Source: Podarcis melisellensis
Lineage: Eukaryota
Reading direction: 5' to 3' (one strand)
Length of the DNA: 64,000 nt
Assembly: GCA_964234715.1 (NCBI GenBank)
Contig: OZ174279.1
The position numbers and the translations under genes are program-made. The notes under the pieces are model-generated. The model did no database searches. It was not told the origin of the DNA and worked only from the letters and a program-made list of their open reading frames with translations. Of this stretch, positions 51,220 to 64,000 are shown one piece after another (the stretch's first letter is position 1; the number at the start of each line of letters is the position of its first letter).

Positions 51220-52817
51220 TGTAGATCAAGTTTAAACTCATTGAGTAACTGTTTCTCAGCTTAAACTACCTTACAGGGTAGTTGTGAGCATCAAATGGGT
51301 TGGGAGAACTATGTAAGGCACCTTGAACTCCTGGGAGGAAGGGCAAGTTATAAATGTAATCAGTTAAAATTAAAAAGTACCTGCACCAAGTGCTACTTAA
51401 TTCAAAGGGAATTATTTCCTGGTAACTATGCTCAGGATTGCATCCTTGTGCTGACTATAGAGTTGAACACGCCATCAAATGTAAGAATATAGAGCATATT
51501 ATGTTGGCTCTAAACACACCACAAAACAGGTGTGTGTGTGTGTCTCAATTCCTGACCATTTAATCAGCTGATGAGGTGGCACGAAACCCACAATGTATAA
51601 AGCACAATGTAATTGCTGCTGCTGATAGTTAAAGAGGGTACTTGCTTTACTTGCGAGATTAAAGGCAAACGCTCCCTTTTAAAACTGAAGTCATGCTGTG
51701 TTTTGCACCTTTTGACACATATTAAGTTAGGTCATTAAAAAAGGGGGCTAATTAAAAAAAAGAATGTAAAACAAAAGAGCCATTTGTCTATTCCAGAGTG
51801 TGGTTCTTCATGTGCTCTGACTGGAGGCAGTCTGCATTTAAACCTTGGGTACAGAAAGCAGGGGAGGCCACCGGGGCATGCTTGGAGCTTGTCATGGCTT
51901 TTGGCTAGACTGTGGTCCAGCTCATTATGCACCTCATAAAGAAGAGAAGTCACTGTCATCAAAATTAGCAGAGGCTAGAATTTACATTCATGGAAATGTT
52001 GGTTTCCCACCATCCTCTGGGGCTGGACAATAAAGGAAACCTTTTACCATCTGCAGTTAAAGTAAGGGAAGTTTAGGAAATGTTTAGCGTGCCATTAGGG
52101 CATTTTAGGAATTTAGCAGTGCTATGTAAGTGATTTTTTTTTTAAGCCAATCAGAATATTACACACAAACTGCTCAGGATGCCTGCAGAATCCTTGTGCA
52201 TAAAGCAGTAGAAACAATAAGCAGCCATTTACCCAAAGCTATTATTTCTATTTCTCTCAAGGAGTGTTTATTTGTTTAAGAAAATTATAGTTTTGTGTGT
52301 GCAAAAATAAAAATCCATCATAGGCAGGACTGCCTCGGAATAATTTCTGATTTCTCATTTATAGCAAAACTCTCTCTTGGTTTCAAGATTGATTTTTTGT
52401 TAAGAGCATTGATATAGGTTTTATTAGAAATTCTAAACTGCAAAATATCAATAAAAGGTTCATAGAATATTATGGTAGGTTTATTGAAGGCCACCTAGAC
52501 CACCCCACATAGCACAGATGACACAAAGCCCCCAAAGCAATCTTGCAAATTGTTTAGTCAGCCAATGAACACTTTCAGTGAAGAGCATTTCACAGCTTTG
52601 CTAGGCAACCCAGGCTATCTGAAATTTAGGCGATTTGTCCTTTTAATATTCAATCTGAATCCACTTTTGCCTTTGGACCATTCCTTCTGTCACGTCTCAG
52701 TGGTAAAGAAAAAGCAGTTGAACCATGTGTACGGAATGCAGAGATGAAATGTTAATAATCACATGCTTATTTACTTATCCTAATATTTTGTGTCAGTTTA
52801 AGGAACTAGTGATACAC

Positions 52818-52938
52818 TAACGGATGGGAAACCTGTAGTCCTCCAGATGTTGATGGACTACAACTCCTATTATCCATTACCTTTGTCCAGGCTGACTTGT
52901 GCTGATGACGGTTAGATTCTACAAGTTCCCCATTCCTA
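52818..52938. mobile_element. Degraded short hAT MITE
   Basis: GGATGGGAAACCTGT..CCTCCAGATGTTG..GGACTACAACTCC..CAAGTTCCCCATTCC. Confidence 0.6.
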
Positions 52939-53981
52939 CTGAGGGGAAAATGTCATTTCTTATAGACAAATCCATAGAGGATGATACTGGTCATGATGGT
53001 CCTGTATGAGACAGAATACCTTTGCTGAGGAACAACAGTGAGAGACTTTCCATAGGCATCTGATTTCCCATTGTGGGGAATAGGAAGCTCTATTGGATAG
53101 GCCACTGTTCCAGTCCAGCAGGGCTTTCTCATGCCATTTTCAATAACTCATTATTCCCAAGGCTTCTGTACTGGCTCTTCACTGCAGAAGCAGGTGAAAT
53201 ATCTACAAGTACTTAGTGAGGAATGTGTCACAACAGATGAGCTGAAGGTCTGAGGCACACCAGTACCAAAACATGGAATAGGGTTGTGGCTGTGCCATAT
53301 CTTCCCAGTTGTGGGGAAGCAAAATCATGGCCTAGGTGTCTACCTTCTTTGGACGACAAAGAACCATTAAGAATTCCTCCGCCTTTCCCACCTCTGTTTT
53401 CAAGAGGACCTGTGTGGATTTATTGTGGTTCAATGTGAAATTACTCTGAGGCTAGTATGCTTTTCATGTGAAATGGGATCACAAAGCAATTTTTTGCTGG
53501 TTCTCCATGGGACCTCATACACAAAAGGGAGCACTTAAAATACAGAAAAAGGAAATATTCACATGAGTGCTTCTGCATTAAAACTGACTTCTGGAGCAAG
53601 GTTTCTTAGTTTGTGCTTCCTAGGCTATTAGAGGCCTGTAATAGGGCTGTGCCACAACTTGTCCTCCCATTTCTCAAAAGTTTTCTTCCCATGTGAAAAA
53701 GGCTTCTGTTTTGCTGCCACATTTCCAGGGCACATTAGAATTTCTTTAGAATTGCTGTGGGTGCCAAGCTAAGCTTACCTTATTGTTGCAAGGTGGCCAA
53801 GGGAGGTGTGTGTTTGTTTTTCATCCCGTTGAGCATTTCTCCAGCACTCTGAAGCCTTCCTGGATGCCCACACCTCTCCATCCAGGAAAATGGGCTTTAA
53901 TTGAAATGCAGAAAGTGAGGTATAAGCCAGAAGGGGTTTTTTAATGGAGTCACAGCTTGTTGCCATTTCAGTGTGCTAGAT

Positions 53982-54168
53982 GGGAAGGTCCATAACTCAA
54001 GTGTAGAGCACACACTTTTTCATGCAAAAACTCCAAGGTTTAATCCCTGGGCTCTTCAGCTACAACTAGGCTGCTGCCTGAAACATTAGAGTGCCAATGC
54101 AGGGGGTGTGGACAATATGTGCTAGACGAGCCAATAATTTGCCTTGAATAAGACAGTTTCCCATGTTT
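53982..54168 (+). mobile_element. Squam3-type tRNA-derived SINE, degraded
   Basis: GGGAAGGTCCATAACTCAAGTGTAGAGCA..CATGCA..GGTTTAATCCCTGG..TGCCTGAAAC..TGTGGACAATA..GCTAGA..AAGACAGTTTCCCATGTT. Confidence 0.75.
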
Positions 54169-55871
54169 CAAGAAGCCTAAAGCACTAAGGGAGCAGAAGC
54201 CAAATGACATTCACTGGATTGTGCTGATCGCTCCCACAGTATTCCTTTATGTATTATTGTAGACCACAGAAATTGTGGAACTCTCACTGCTCAGGTCAAA
54301 TGGGCCAGTGGCTTTGGACAAACTGAGCGCTAAGAAACTTGTGGCCATTCCCTCTCCCACAATTTTGTAGGTATTGTCGATTCCTGTGACCAATGCCATG
54401 TATAAATTGGTTTCACACAGATCTCAATAGCAGCAGACTACAGGATTTCCAGTGTGCATTTGAGAAAGTCAAAGACGGTAGAACTTGATGCAGCTGAGAG
54501 ATCTATGATCTCCTAGCTCACTTTGATGGCTTTGCTGATGCAGGTAAATGACTGTTTTGAGAAATCCAAAACCCAAACTGTACAGTATTTTTGAGGTGTG
54601 ATTTTGTTCTCCCATCAATTTATGGTGTTGTCTAAAAAGAAGAAAGTCCTACTGAGTTCCATGGGGCTTACTCCCAAGTGTATAGGATTTTAGCCTAATC
54701 TGATAATTTTGGGCAGCCACAATAAATATTTGGTTTATTTCTTTGGTTTCTGGCAGTCACTTGTTTCTGAATCAAATACACAAGAAGGTGTGATTATTTT
54801 TTTTAAAAGCCCCCGCAAAACACCAGGTTATCTGGAGCACAATTTTGGATAGACATGGCTCCAATTGACTGTCGATGCAGCCCTAGCCTTATTTACAGAG
54901 GGGAGTCATTTTAATTCTTGGGCATTAGAACTCCAGTCTAGCTAGCCAAGCCACCCAGCCAAGTATTGGCATGAGTTCTGCCATGCAACCAATGACTTAC
55001 ACTTCCTTTCTAGCCAAAGAAAAGTCCTGGGGAGCAGCCAGCAGAGAAGGCAAGATTCATAGGTGGTGGTGGGAAAAATATTATGCCAAACGCAGCAGAC
55101 ATCAAACCATTCAGTGCGACTACACAGGTTTTTAAACAAGCCCGTCTCTGATAAAGAAAAAGGGTTAATAACAGCACTCATGGAAAGCATTTGAGCTCAG
55201 AAGGCTTGGTATATTTGCAAGTGGGAATAAGGCCCGTTTTTCACTGGAATCCTGCTGGAAACAGAATATCCTGCAGGAAGCCGTCATTTCAAACATTACA
55301 TTTTTTTTGTTTTTGTTCTGCAATATAATTAATACATCAGGTCATGTTTTTGTACTGCCAGTGGCGTGTTTATTACATTATTACCTCACCGACATATTTT
55401 AGCTGTAGTCCAGGAGTTAGGAGTCACTGGCTTCCTCACAGAACGATCCCATTTAAGCAGGCGAGGTTTATACGTAGCCCGTGAATATTCATGTTGACTG
55501 AAAATAATAACAGTATTATTGTTGTTGAAATCTTCAGGGAAGCTTGCTGGCAGGGAGAGATTATTTAAAGCAGGTCTCTCCACAACCCCTCCCCGATGGA
55601 AGAGCTGAGAGGGAAAAAAAGAAAAGAAAATCCTTCCAGACAGATAGGCGTTGGGTGATTCCCCCACCCCTTTTTCCTAAAGCTGCGTTGCCAAGGATAA
55701 AAATCTTACTTGCAAAGATCCTTATTACATGTCTGTACCCTTAAGCTGCCGAGATGACACCACCGCTTACAGGTGGAAGAGCGAAAGCAAGGGGAAAGTA
55801 CCAAAGCCCCGAAGTCTCAAGTCAGCGCAATCATCTTCAGTTCCCAAATTGTCCTGGATGGAGAATAGCTT

Positions 55872-56227
55872 NNNNNNNNNNNNNNNNNNNNNNNNNNNNN
55901 NNNNNNNNNNNNNNNNNNNNNNNNNNNNNNNNNNNNNNNNNNNNNNNNNNNNNNNNNNNNNNNNNNNNNNNNNNNNNNNNNNNNNNNNNNNNNNNNNNNN
56001 NNNNNNNNNNNNNNNNNNNNNNNNNNNNNNNNNNNNNNNNNNNNNNNNNNNNNNNNNNNNNNNNNNNNNNNNNNNNNNNNNNNNNNNNNNNNNNNNNNNN
56101 NNNNNNNNNNNNNNNNNNNNNNNNNNNNNNNNNNNNNNNNNNNNNNNNNNNNNNNNNNNNNNNNNNNNNNNNNNNNNNNNNNNNNNNNNNNNNNNNNNNN
56201 NNNNNNNNNNNNNNNNNNNNNNNNNNN
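55872..56227. other. Assembly gap (356 N)
   Basis: Run of N. Confidence 0.99.
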
Positions 56228-56308
56228 TAGAGAAGCGCAGACATTAAAAAGTCCACACTCTCCCAAACATATGTATGCATCAGTATCAGCCGTCAGCCAT
56301 TCTGAGGA

Positions 56309-56504
56309 NNNNNNNNNNNNNNNNNNNNNNNNNNNNNNNNNNNNNNNNNNNNNNNNNNNNNNNNNNNNNNNNNNNNNNNNNNNNNNNNNNNNNNNNNNNN
56401 NNNNNNNNNNNNNNNNNNNNNNNNNNNNNNNNNNNNNNNNNNNNNNNNNNNNNNNNNNNNNNNNNNNNNNNNNNNNNNNNNNNNNNNNNNNNNNNNNNNN
56501 NNNN
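56309..56504. other. Assembly gap (196 N)
   Basis: Run of N. Confidence 0.99.
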
Positions 56505-59375
56505 GGGAAGAGGGATTTGGAGGGCAGGTGAAGCTATGTTTGCCCATGAAAGCGAGATCCTTAGCAAAGTCCCAGCTGAGATCGAGCAGGCCTGTGCCAG
56601 GCAGATAGCTGTTAGCAGGAGGGGAACTTCATAGACGCTGGCGTTCTTTTACAATATAGGTTTTTCTCCTGCTAGACAAAAAAAGGGAGAGCGAGAGAGA
56701 AGAATTCAAAGCATGGCTGTGGCATGATGTATGTGTTTCTGCTTAAATGTTCCTTTTGTAAGAAAGAAAAGAAATTGCTGGATGGAACGCACCCACCTTC
56801 TTTCCCCCTGCCCAGATTTAGGGGAGCGGTACAAGTGGAAAGGAGCAAAGAGGCAATGAGTCCCTTGTAGAAGCACGCCAGCTAACACAGCTTTGCCAAG
56901 GTATAATGGTACATTTCAACAATGGCTTAGATCATGTGGAACTGTCTTTTAGCCAATCTTAGCATTATGCTTCTGCCAGCCGAAGGGACGAGCAGGGCAT
57001 GGAGGGGGAGAGAATGGGCATTTTTCTTCTTCTTCAGTGCTGCTGGCATTTTTGATGAGGTTTTTGTTGTTTGAAACTGCAAATGTGCTCTCTCTTTTAA
57101 ATTTAAAGGCCCGCTAATCCTGACCTCATGTTAATACCTGCATGACAAAACCTACAAAGCAACTAATAATCATTATTAGAGCCTCTTCCAAAATTGTGTG
57201 CTATTCGAAATAATGAGACAGATTAAAACACGTACACACACACACACTCATTCTGAATATTAAAGCTCAGAAGGAATGTACAATTATGAAATTAGAGGTT
57301 TTTTGTGTGTAAATGGCAAAATACTTATGAATTGATAAACAGTTTTAATTTTTCTTTCTTTCCGATAAATAATTTTATTCCTGCTGAATTATTCCCATTT
57401 GTTTTTATATACGGTTTGCAACACAACGACCAATTCTTGAATCACCACCCCCTCTCTCTTACACACACACACACAAACACACACAGCTGGTATAAAGTGA
57501 TTAAGAAACTCCTTTCCATATAGAAATCACACAAGAAAGAAAGGAGTCTGTGGAAATACAGTCTGCAATTTAAAAGCAGAAATTACTCAAGCAGTTTGGC
57601 TATACACACACATACACATTTTAAAATAGCATGTTTTGTATTGCTCTACAATTAGGAGAGAGCTTTCTCTCCATTCTCTTTGAGTGGGAGAAGAACCCAC
57701 TGGTAACAATGTCAGACTCTCTTACTCAAGTGCTACACTCCACAACCCAAAATGATGCCAGACAATCAAGTATTTACCAGAATTATTCTTCTCACTTTAT
57801 GATACTGTGAGAACTCCCCCCCCCCCTTTGTGCCTCCAATTATTAAGGCTAAAGTCAACAGCCTAGACCAAACCAATGAAATCATCACCTTTGAAAGATC
57901 TAATGACATCATACCACTTGAATTCCAAAATTCAGCTCATCTTCAAATTCACCAGAGGCGGGCAAAAAGCTGCTTCTCACAAGTGCATGTGCAAAGAAAA
58001 GGAGGCCCTTTATTTCAGAGACCACAGTAGAGAAATACTGGGGATTCATGGGCCATTTCTACATAAGCACAAAAATAATATCTATTATAATTCCTGCCAA
58101 ACTGCCTTTGCTTTCATTTTTGTACACAGAATCAAATTTTCATTTGCTCTTACTTTGGACATTGCTGCCCCAAGTGCACCCCTTTCCACCTTCAGTTTAA
58201 ACTGTTGCAAGACTCCTTCAAGAATTAGCTCCTTTGCAGTTAATTGCCACTGTTCTGGAGGGCATTTCCCCTTGTGAGTTCCATTGAAATGAATGGGGAG
58301 ATGTTCAAAGAGCACTACCGTGCTATAGAAATTCTCTTTTAACTGCTCCTAAATTTCTGCTGTAATGGGTCCTCATGACAAGATTGTTTAATGTCAGAGG
58401 TGTAGTCCCCTGGGCTCCTTTTATTTATGTTTCAGACTGGCTCCTTTGCTTAAAAGTATGCACTTGTAAAATCCATTTTCTTTCACATACCTCTTGATTG
58501 CACTATAATTTTTATTCTTGCTTCATCAGCAGTCATTAGATTTACAACTAAGTACAAAAAAACCCCTATGTTAAGGTTATGACAGGTACAAAGGCAAGAA
58601 AATTCAAAGTTAAAGGTGAAAGACCATCCTTGTTTCACTGACATTGAATCCTTTATTTCTTCACATGGGAAAGAAAAATGGCAATCTGATGTGTCCAAGA
58701 ATCAGCCAGATATACTGCATGGCACCAGATATAGTCCGTGTCGCCACTGTAAAAGCTTCAGGTTCTGACCAGTCTGCCAAATTCCAGTGTACTCAGACGC
58801 TGCCCTCAACAACCCCATTTTCAAGGATGGGTGTCTCTTCGGGGGAGGCTGCCAAGGAAAGGAAGTAGTGCCAAATTATTTGGCAGATTTGTGTTTCGCA
58901 CAAATAACCAGTTCCCGAATTTTATTGGCAACCTTAATAATACATTCTTGGGGGAGCGGGGAGGAAGAGAGAGAGAAACATACCACCATACTGCAAAGCA
59001 ATAGGTGGGGAGGGAGGGGGAGATTGCTAAATTGTTGTGGGCACCTTTCCAGAGGTCCATAGTCTGAGGCAATTGATCTAGTTTAGTGGGAAATGGAAAG
59101 ATAGGACTTTGTTCTCTTGCTGCATGTTATCAGATACACATTTTAACTGTAGCCACAATTTTGCACCCCATTACCTTTCTGGTGCACTAACCTGCTTCCG
59201 TGGTACCAGGTGCAAAATGAAATGCAGGGGGGCTTAAGGTTCATGAAGTGAACGGCCAAACAATCATCTCCAGTGACTTATAATTCTGTCATTACTCCCT
59301 CCCAGTGAGTGCAAGACATGGCCTTTCCTCAGTGTTCAGAATTCTGAGTGATTACGAAGGATAGTCTTCATTTTA

Positions 59376-59726
59376 AAGGTAAAGGGACCCCTGACTGTTA
59401 GGTCCAGTCACGGACAACTCTGGGGTTGCAGCGCTCATCTGCTTTACTGGCCGAGGGAGCTGGCGTACAGTTTCCGGGTCATGCGGCCAGCATGACTAAG
59501 CTGCTTCTGACGAAACCAGAGCAGTGCACAGAAACACCATTTACCTTCCCACCGGAGCAGTACCTATTTATCTAGTTGCACTTTGACGTGTTTTCGAACT
59601 GCTAGGTTGGCAGGAGCAGGGACCGATCAATGGGAGCTCACTCGTTGTGGGGATTCGAACCGCCAACCTTCTGATCGGCAAGCCCTAGGCTCTGTGGTTT
59701 AGACCACAGCACCACCCGCATCCCTT
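59376..59726 (-). mobile_element. Full-length Sauria SINE
   Basis: Minus-strand 5' end GGGATGCGGGTGGTGCTGTGGTCTAAACCAC, B box GGTTCGAATCC, and ACCTTT tail. A 12-bp TSD GTCTTCATTTTA lies at 59364-59375 and 59727-59738. Confidence 0.96.
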
Positions 59727-60359
59727 GTCTTCATTTTAGGAGGATTCAATACTACCAGGAAGCCCTTAAAGCAAGGTCAGGTTTCATCAGAATCCCTTCC
59801 TAAAGTCCTTTAGATCGCCAGGCCCAGACCATCTATGTCTGTGAATCTTGGCAAACAGGTACAGTTAGGAAACATAAAGTGAATTTGGGGGCAACTAAAA
59901 ATGTGTGAGCCACTTCCCTTAAGAAATATTCCTAATCCTATTGAAATTCTTATGCTTGAATAGGATCCTCCAAGCATTCCAAGTATGCCTTGAATTTTGC
60001 CACAGGAGAAATTCAGTGGGAACTCTAGAACAAATCTGAGTCTATTAAGGGAGGGGATTGTATGTGGATGGTACTGGGACATTGAATTGAAGGCAAGCAC
60101 ATACATTCACAATTGGTTTAAAATAATAATATAGAGATTCTAGGAATTAGAATGGATTTCTTATATCACACTAGATATAATTTGATTCCCAGCTCTTGGA
60201 AAACTGAGGCACGAAGAAACTTTTGCCCAAGAAGTGACCACCTTACCACTTTTCCTTGGCTTCCTTACCTTTGATTTGCTTCAAAGTGTACATTTATTAC
60301 ATTGTGAGTCCATGAGTTGTATCAGACACCATGTGAGTGGAATTTTGCTCACCCAGCAA

Positions 60360-60480
60360 TATGGGCATAGCCAGGATTTTTGTCGGGGGGGGGGGTGAGG
60401 AGCCAAAGTTCTTGAGCTTTTTTGGATCTGCCCGTCCTTTCCTCACCTGCCCCCTAAATCTGCTACAGAGCCCCCCCCAA
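60360..60480. mobile_element. Partial hAT MITE related to 33565-33681
   Basis: ATGGGCATAGCCAGGATTTTT is identical to the left end of the 33565 copy. The right end was not found. Confidence 0.55.
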
Positions 60481-63263
60481 CACTTTGGAGCAGCTTTTGA
60501 AGATGTGTGAGAGGCTTCAGGTGAGAGGAGGAAGCTCTGTTGTGCATGGTCACTTTCCGCATGGTTGTCTTACACAACAGAGCAATTAATCTATATAAGC
60601 TAAAGTGCAATGACTTGGGGGTGGGGGTTTCTGGTAGTGAGCACTGGATTTGAGCAGCGAATACTCAGTGGTACCTAAGATGTCTGGAGCAAGGGACAAA
60701 GTTCAAAATCATTGGAAACCATTGCTTCCATTGGTTTAAAACAGTCATATTCTGAAGTGAAATATTAGAGAAAATGGCCCTTTTTAATTTCCTAAAAGGT
60801 GCTGTTTGTAATTTCACTCCTTCTTAGTGAGGTGTCTACTCAGAGGCGGGCGGGGGGGGGACCACACAAAAATGTGGATTTAAATGGGAAATATGTATAC
60901 TTGGCTATTTTGATTTCAGGAACTTTGCAGTGAGGAAATTGTGGCTTATGAACTGGCAATTAATGTCATTACCAGTAAACCCTGACACCACTTGCTACTA
61001 TTTTAATTGTGTGTTTTACTAACACCAGACCCCTCCCCTGTGATAATGGAGCTCCTCCATCCCCACCTGCAGCCTAAACAAGTCTTGTAACCCCCCCCCC
61101 CACCAAAATCAAGATCCAAATGGAGGAAATGCTTGAAATGTTAAGTAATGGGCTATCAAGTTGAAATAGAACTTTATTACTGTTTTCTACTTGCAGACAT
61201 AACAATCAAAATATTAAGATCCTGTACAATATTTTTTCTAGCTCCTAACATTAAAGAAGGGGGGGGGGACAGGGGAATTGGTTTCAGAAGATTATTTTGA
61301 TTTGCTTTTATTTTATATTAAAACAGAGGAACATTTCCAAAGTCCTCTGGTGTATTTTGTAACACAAGTGTTCATTTTCCCCCTTCTTTTTAAAAAATAC
61401 TTCCTTTGTGACATATGAAACAGTAACATTTTTCCCATGGTTTGGAGGAGAAAATGAAATCCAGATTTGTAATTCCTAAAAGGAGAAATTTGATCCTTTC
61501 CAATGTTTAAGTAATATTTCCTGTAAAACATACGAGGCCATCTGCAGAGCTGTTTCCAGACACATTTTGAAGTGGCAAGGGCAACTGAAAGAGAGGAGAA
61601 TGGAGCCTGCCATTTCACCTCTGGGAAATGGAACATTAAAAGGTTTCTAAAAGCTGGTTCTACCATTTTATAAAGTATTCAAGCCCTGCATAGTTCATAA
61701 TTTGTTTAATCTGCTCACCTTTTTATAGATAGGGAGTGGGGAGAGAAGGGGAGATTCTGGCTGGAAGGGAATGTATACAAACTCTGATTCGCCTCAAAGA
61801 GGCCGGTGAGCATGCAAGAATTACTGGTGCTCAAAGCTGAATTGTAATTGTATTTTATTTTTAATAGGTGCAATGGAGACATTACAGGCAAATCCTCCCC
61901 TATAAGGATTGAACAAGCTGAGCCTTATTTGGGGAGAAAACACAGAAATGCGGTCTTTTCTATCTGTTACAGAGTTGTGTTTTATTGTTAATCTCCAGGG
62001 TCACCTTATGAATTCATGTTAGTAAAATGTTACGGCCTCATTATAATATTCACTTTGTGAAAGGCCCTGCATTTATCACATCCCAACCTTGGATGAATAT
62101 AAATTAAAAATGTGCATCTTTTTTTATAAGGAAAGGATTTCATACAGTTAGTCCTCCCTCCCTTGCCAACCCTACCCCAGTTATAGAGAAATTCTAAAAC
62201 TGATCTTTTGTTCAGGTTTAGGAAACACCTAAATTCTCATTGCTTCCATAGCTCAAAGTTAACATTTCCTTTGTTGGTTGTTTGGCTATAGAATGGAACT
62301 TCTAAACTACTGTAGGACCAAAGATTACCAACCCCCTCAGTCTGATGGGGCCATTCACCCCCCACAAAATGGGGGCGGGAATTCAGCTACTTTTAAGAGG
62401 TCCTTCATGTATTCAAATACATTTTGAGCATGGCTTCTTTCTTCCTCCACCATAAAGACTTTGTGTCATGATGTTGTGTTGCTCACATTGAGACATTCTG
62501 ATCAGAATTGAGAAGGAACACTGCCAGGCTGCTGTGCAGTTGTGTGAAGCAGCACCAACGAATCTCTTTTATGGGAAAATAAGGAAACTTAGCAGCCTTG
62601 TCAAAAAGAGTATTCAATCCCACCCCACTGATGAAATTTCAGAATTGCCAAGTTCTTGATAACTATTCTAATCTTTATGTGCCATTTTATCCCCGCCTTA
62701 CTTCCTGAACCAATGAAAAACCTCAGTTTAATATTTTGGACGAGCACTGTTGCACAGGACTGAAACAGTTACATCATAGTTAAACACTTTTATATTTGTG
62801 TCATGTTTTTTATGAGAATGAGAATGTTTTTCACCACTTTATCTTTTGATTAATTGGTATATAATTTTCGTTAAATAATAGTATATTTTCCTTTGGATGT
62901 GCAACTCAATGACCATTCTTCCATGTAGCTGCAAGGATGAAAAAACAACAACAGGTACACAATTGTCTGATAAATGGTGTTTTACCACGCCAAGAAAAGC
63001 ACTAGGACTGCATACTCCTTCCTCACCACTCCCTTTTTTTCTCCCCTTGTGCCACCCAGCTGCAGTGAACCAAAAACCTTGAAAGGTCTCACTTAAAACT
63101 AGGATATGAAACCAGGAGAAGGGACAGTGGGGGTGATCCTGTTCTCCCATAGCATGTTCAGTATCCCTGAATACCAGCCCTGTGAATGGGCTCCTGCGTT
63201 TTCCCATCCATGTTTGTCTGCCTTGTTATTCTAAGCTTACTTTCTCCGCTGTTGTTCAAACTG

Positions 63264-63472
63264 CAGTGGTACTTCAGGTTACAAACACTTCGGGTTACAG
63301 ACTTCACTAACCCAGAAGTAGTACCTCAGGTTAAGAACTTTGCCCCAGGATGAGAACAAAAATTGTTCGGCAGTGGCGTGGTGGCAGCAGGAGGCCCCGT
63401 TAGCTGAAGTGGTACCTAAGGTTAAGAACGGACCTCCGGAACAAATTAAGTTCATAACCAGAGGTACCACTG
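63264..63472 (+). mobile_element. Tc1/mariner (pogo/Tigger-like) MITE
   Basis: CAGTGGTACTTC...GAGGTACCACTG, with a body matching the 36193 copy apart from an internal deletion. Flanks are TG/CA rather than TA/TA. Confidence 0.9.
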
Positions 63473-64000
63473 CACAGTCATAATTATCTGCCTCTCCAAA
63501 TTCAGCCCCAATTGGATGGCATGATCCACATGTGTCCATTTATCAGATAAAAGAATCTTACAGTTCCTATCAGATTTTATGGGCATGAGGGTACTTCAAA
63601 ATTATGACGGCAACTTCAGATCCTATAGATATGAAGCCAGAAAGAACCTTCAAAGCTGTCACTTCCATTTCCTACAAAAGCAAAACACTTTGTAAAAGGA
63701 AAAAAAAAAATACACACACACATTACTGCTGAATTATAAATGAGATCTGGTATTTTTGTGATGGTACAAATCGAAGGCTTTCTCCATATTGTTAGAATAC
63801 CAATTCACCCTTACTGGTCTCTACTACCTACCACTGTATAGAGTCCCCTGAGAGTCATCCATTTCTCATGAGATTACTTCAGCATCACATTACCGCTACC
63901 ACATATCCATTATATATACACTTTCAGACAAGTGGAAGTGTTTCCACAAAAACAATCTGGAATCTTGGCTTAAAACTGAAGTTTTCTGTCAAAGCAAAAA

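Noticed and set aside
24381-56634. ORFs spanning N runs (around 24.4-24.7 kb and 55.7-56.6 kb)
   Set aside because: Their length comes from undetermined bases.
1-64000. Prokaryotic-type systems (CRISPR arrays, operons, defence islands), rRNA genes, or naming a specific host gene
   Set aside because: This is vertebrate non-coding DNA with no regularly spaced repeat-spacer array or rRNA-like sequence. No exon matched a protein I recognise, so no gene symbol is given.

Overview
Eukaryotic genomic DNA from a squamate reptile, most likely a lacertid lizard. The evidence is Sauria SINEs, a BovB LINE fragment with a (CAA)n tail, Squam3-type SINEs and a tRNA-Lys/CR1 SINE. I find no confidently identifiable host protein-coding gene. 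The only ORF in the track I recognise as a real protein is the C-terminus of a 5'-truncated BovB reverse transcriptase (759-1235). The window looks like a long intron or gene desert. TE-rich zones (hAT and Tc1/pogo MITEs with intact TSDs, SINEs, CR1/L2 3' ends, an LTR with a tRNA-Leu PBS) alternate with TE-depleted, motif-dense zones (~19.6-33.4 kb, ~40.3-41.6 kb, ~54.7-59.3 kb, ~61.8-62.1 kb). These depleted zones resemble the conserved non-coding landscape around a developmental regulator. There are three assembly gaps. The most interesting hypotheses are: (1) a ~13.8 kb transposon-free regulatory block; (2) a putative minus-strand spliced transcript (lncRNA or 5' UTR exons) starting near the gapped CpG-rich region at ~56 kb; (3) a candidate recursive-splice site or microexon at 21.6 kb. 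None of these can be confirmed from the sequence alone. TE family names are assigned from remembered consensus features, not database searches.
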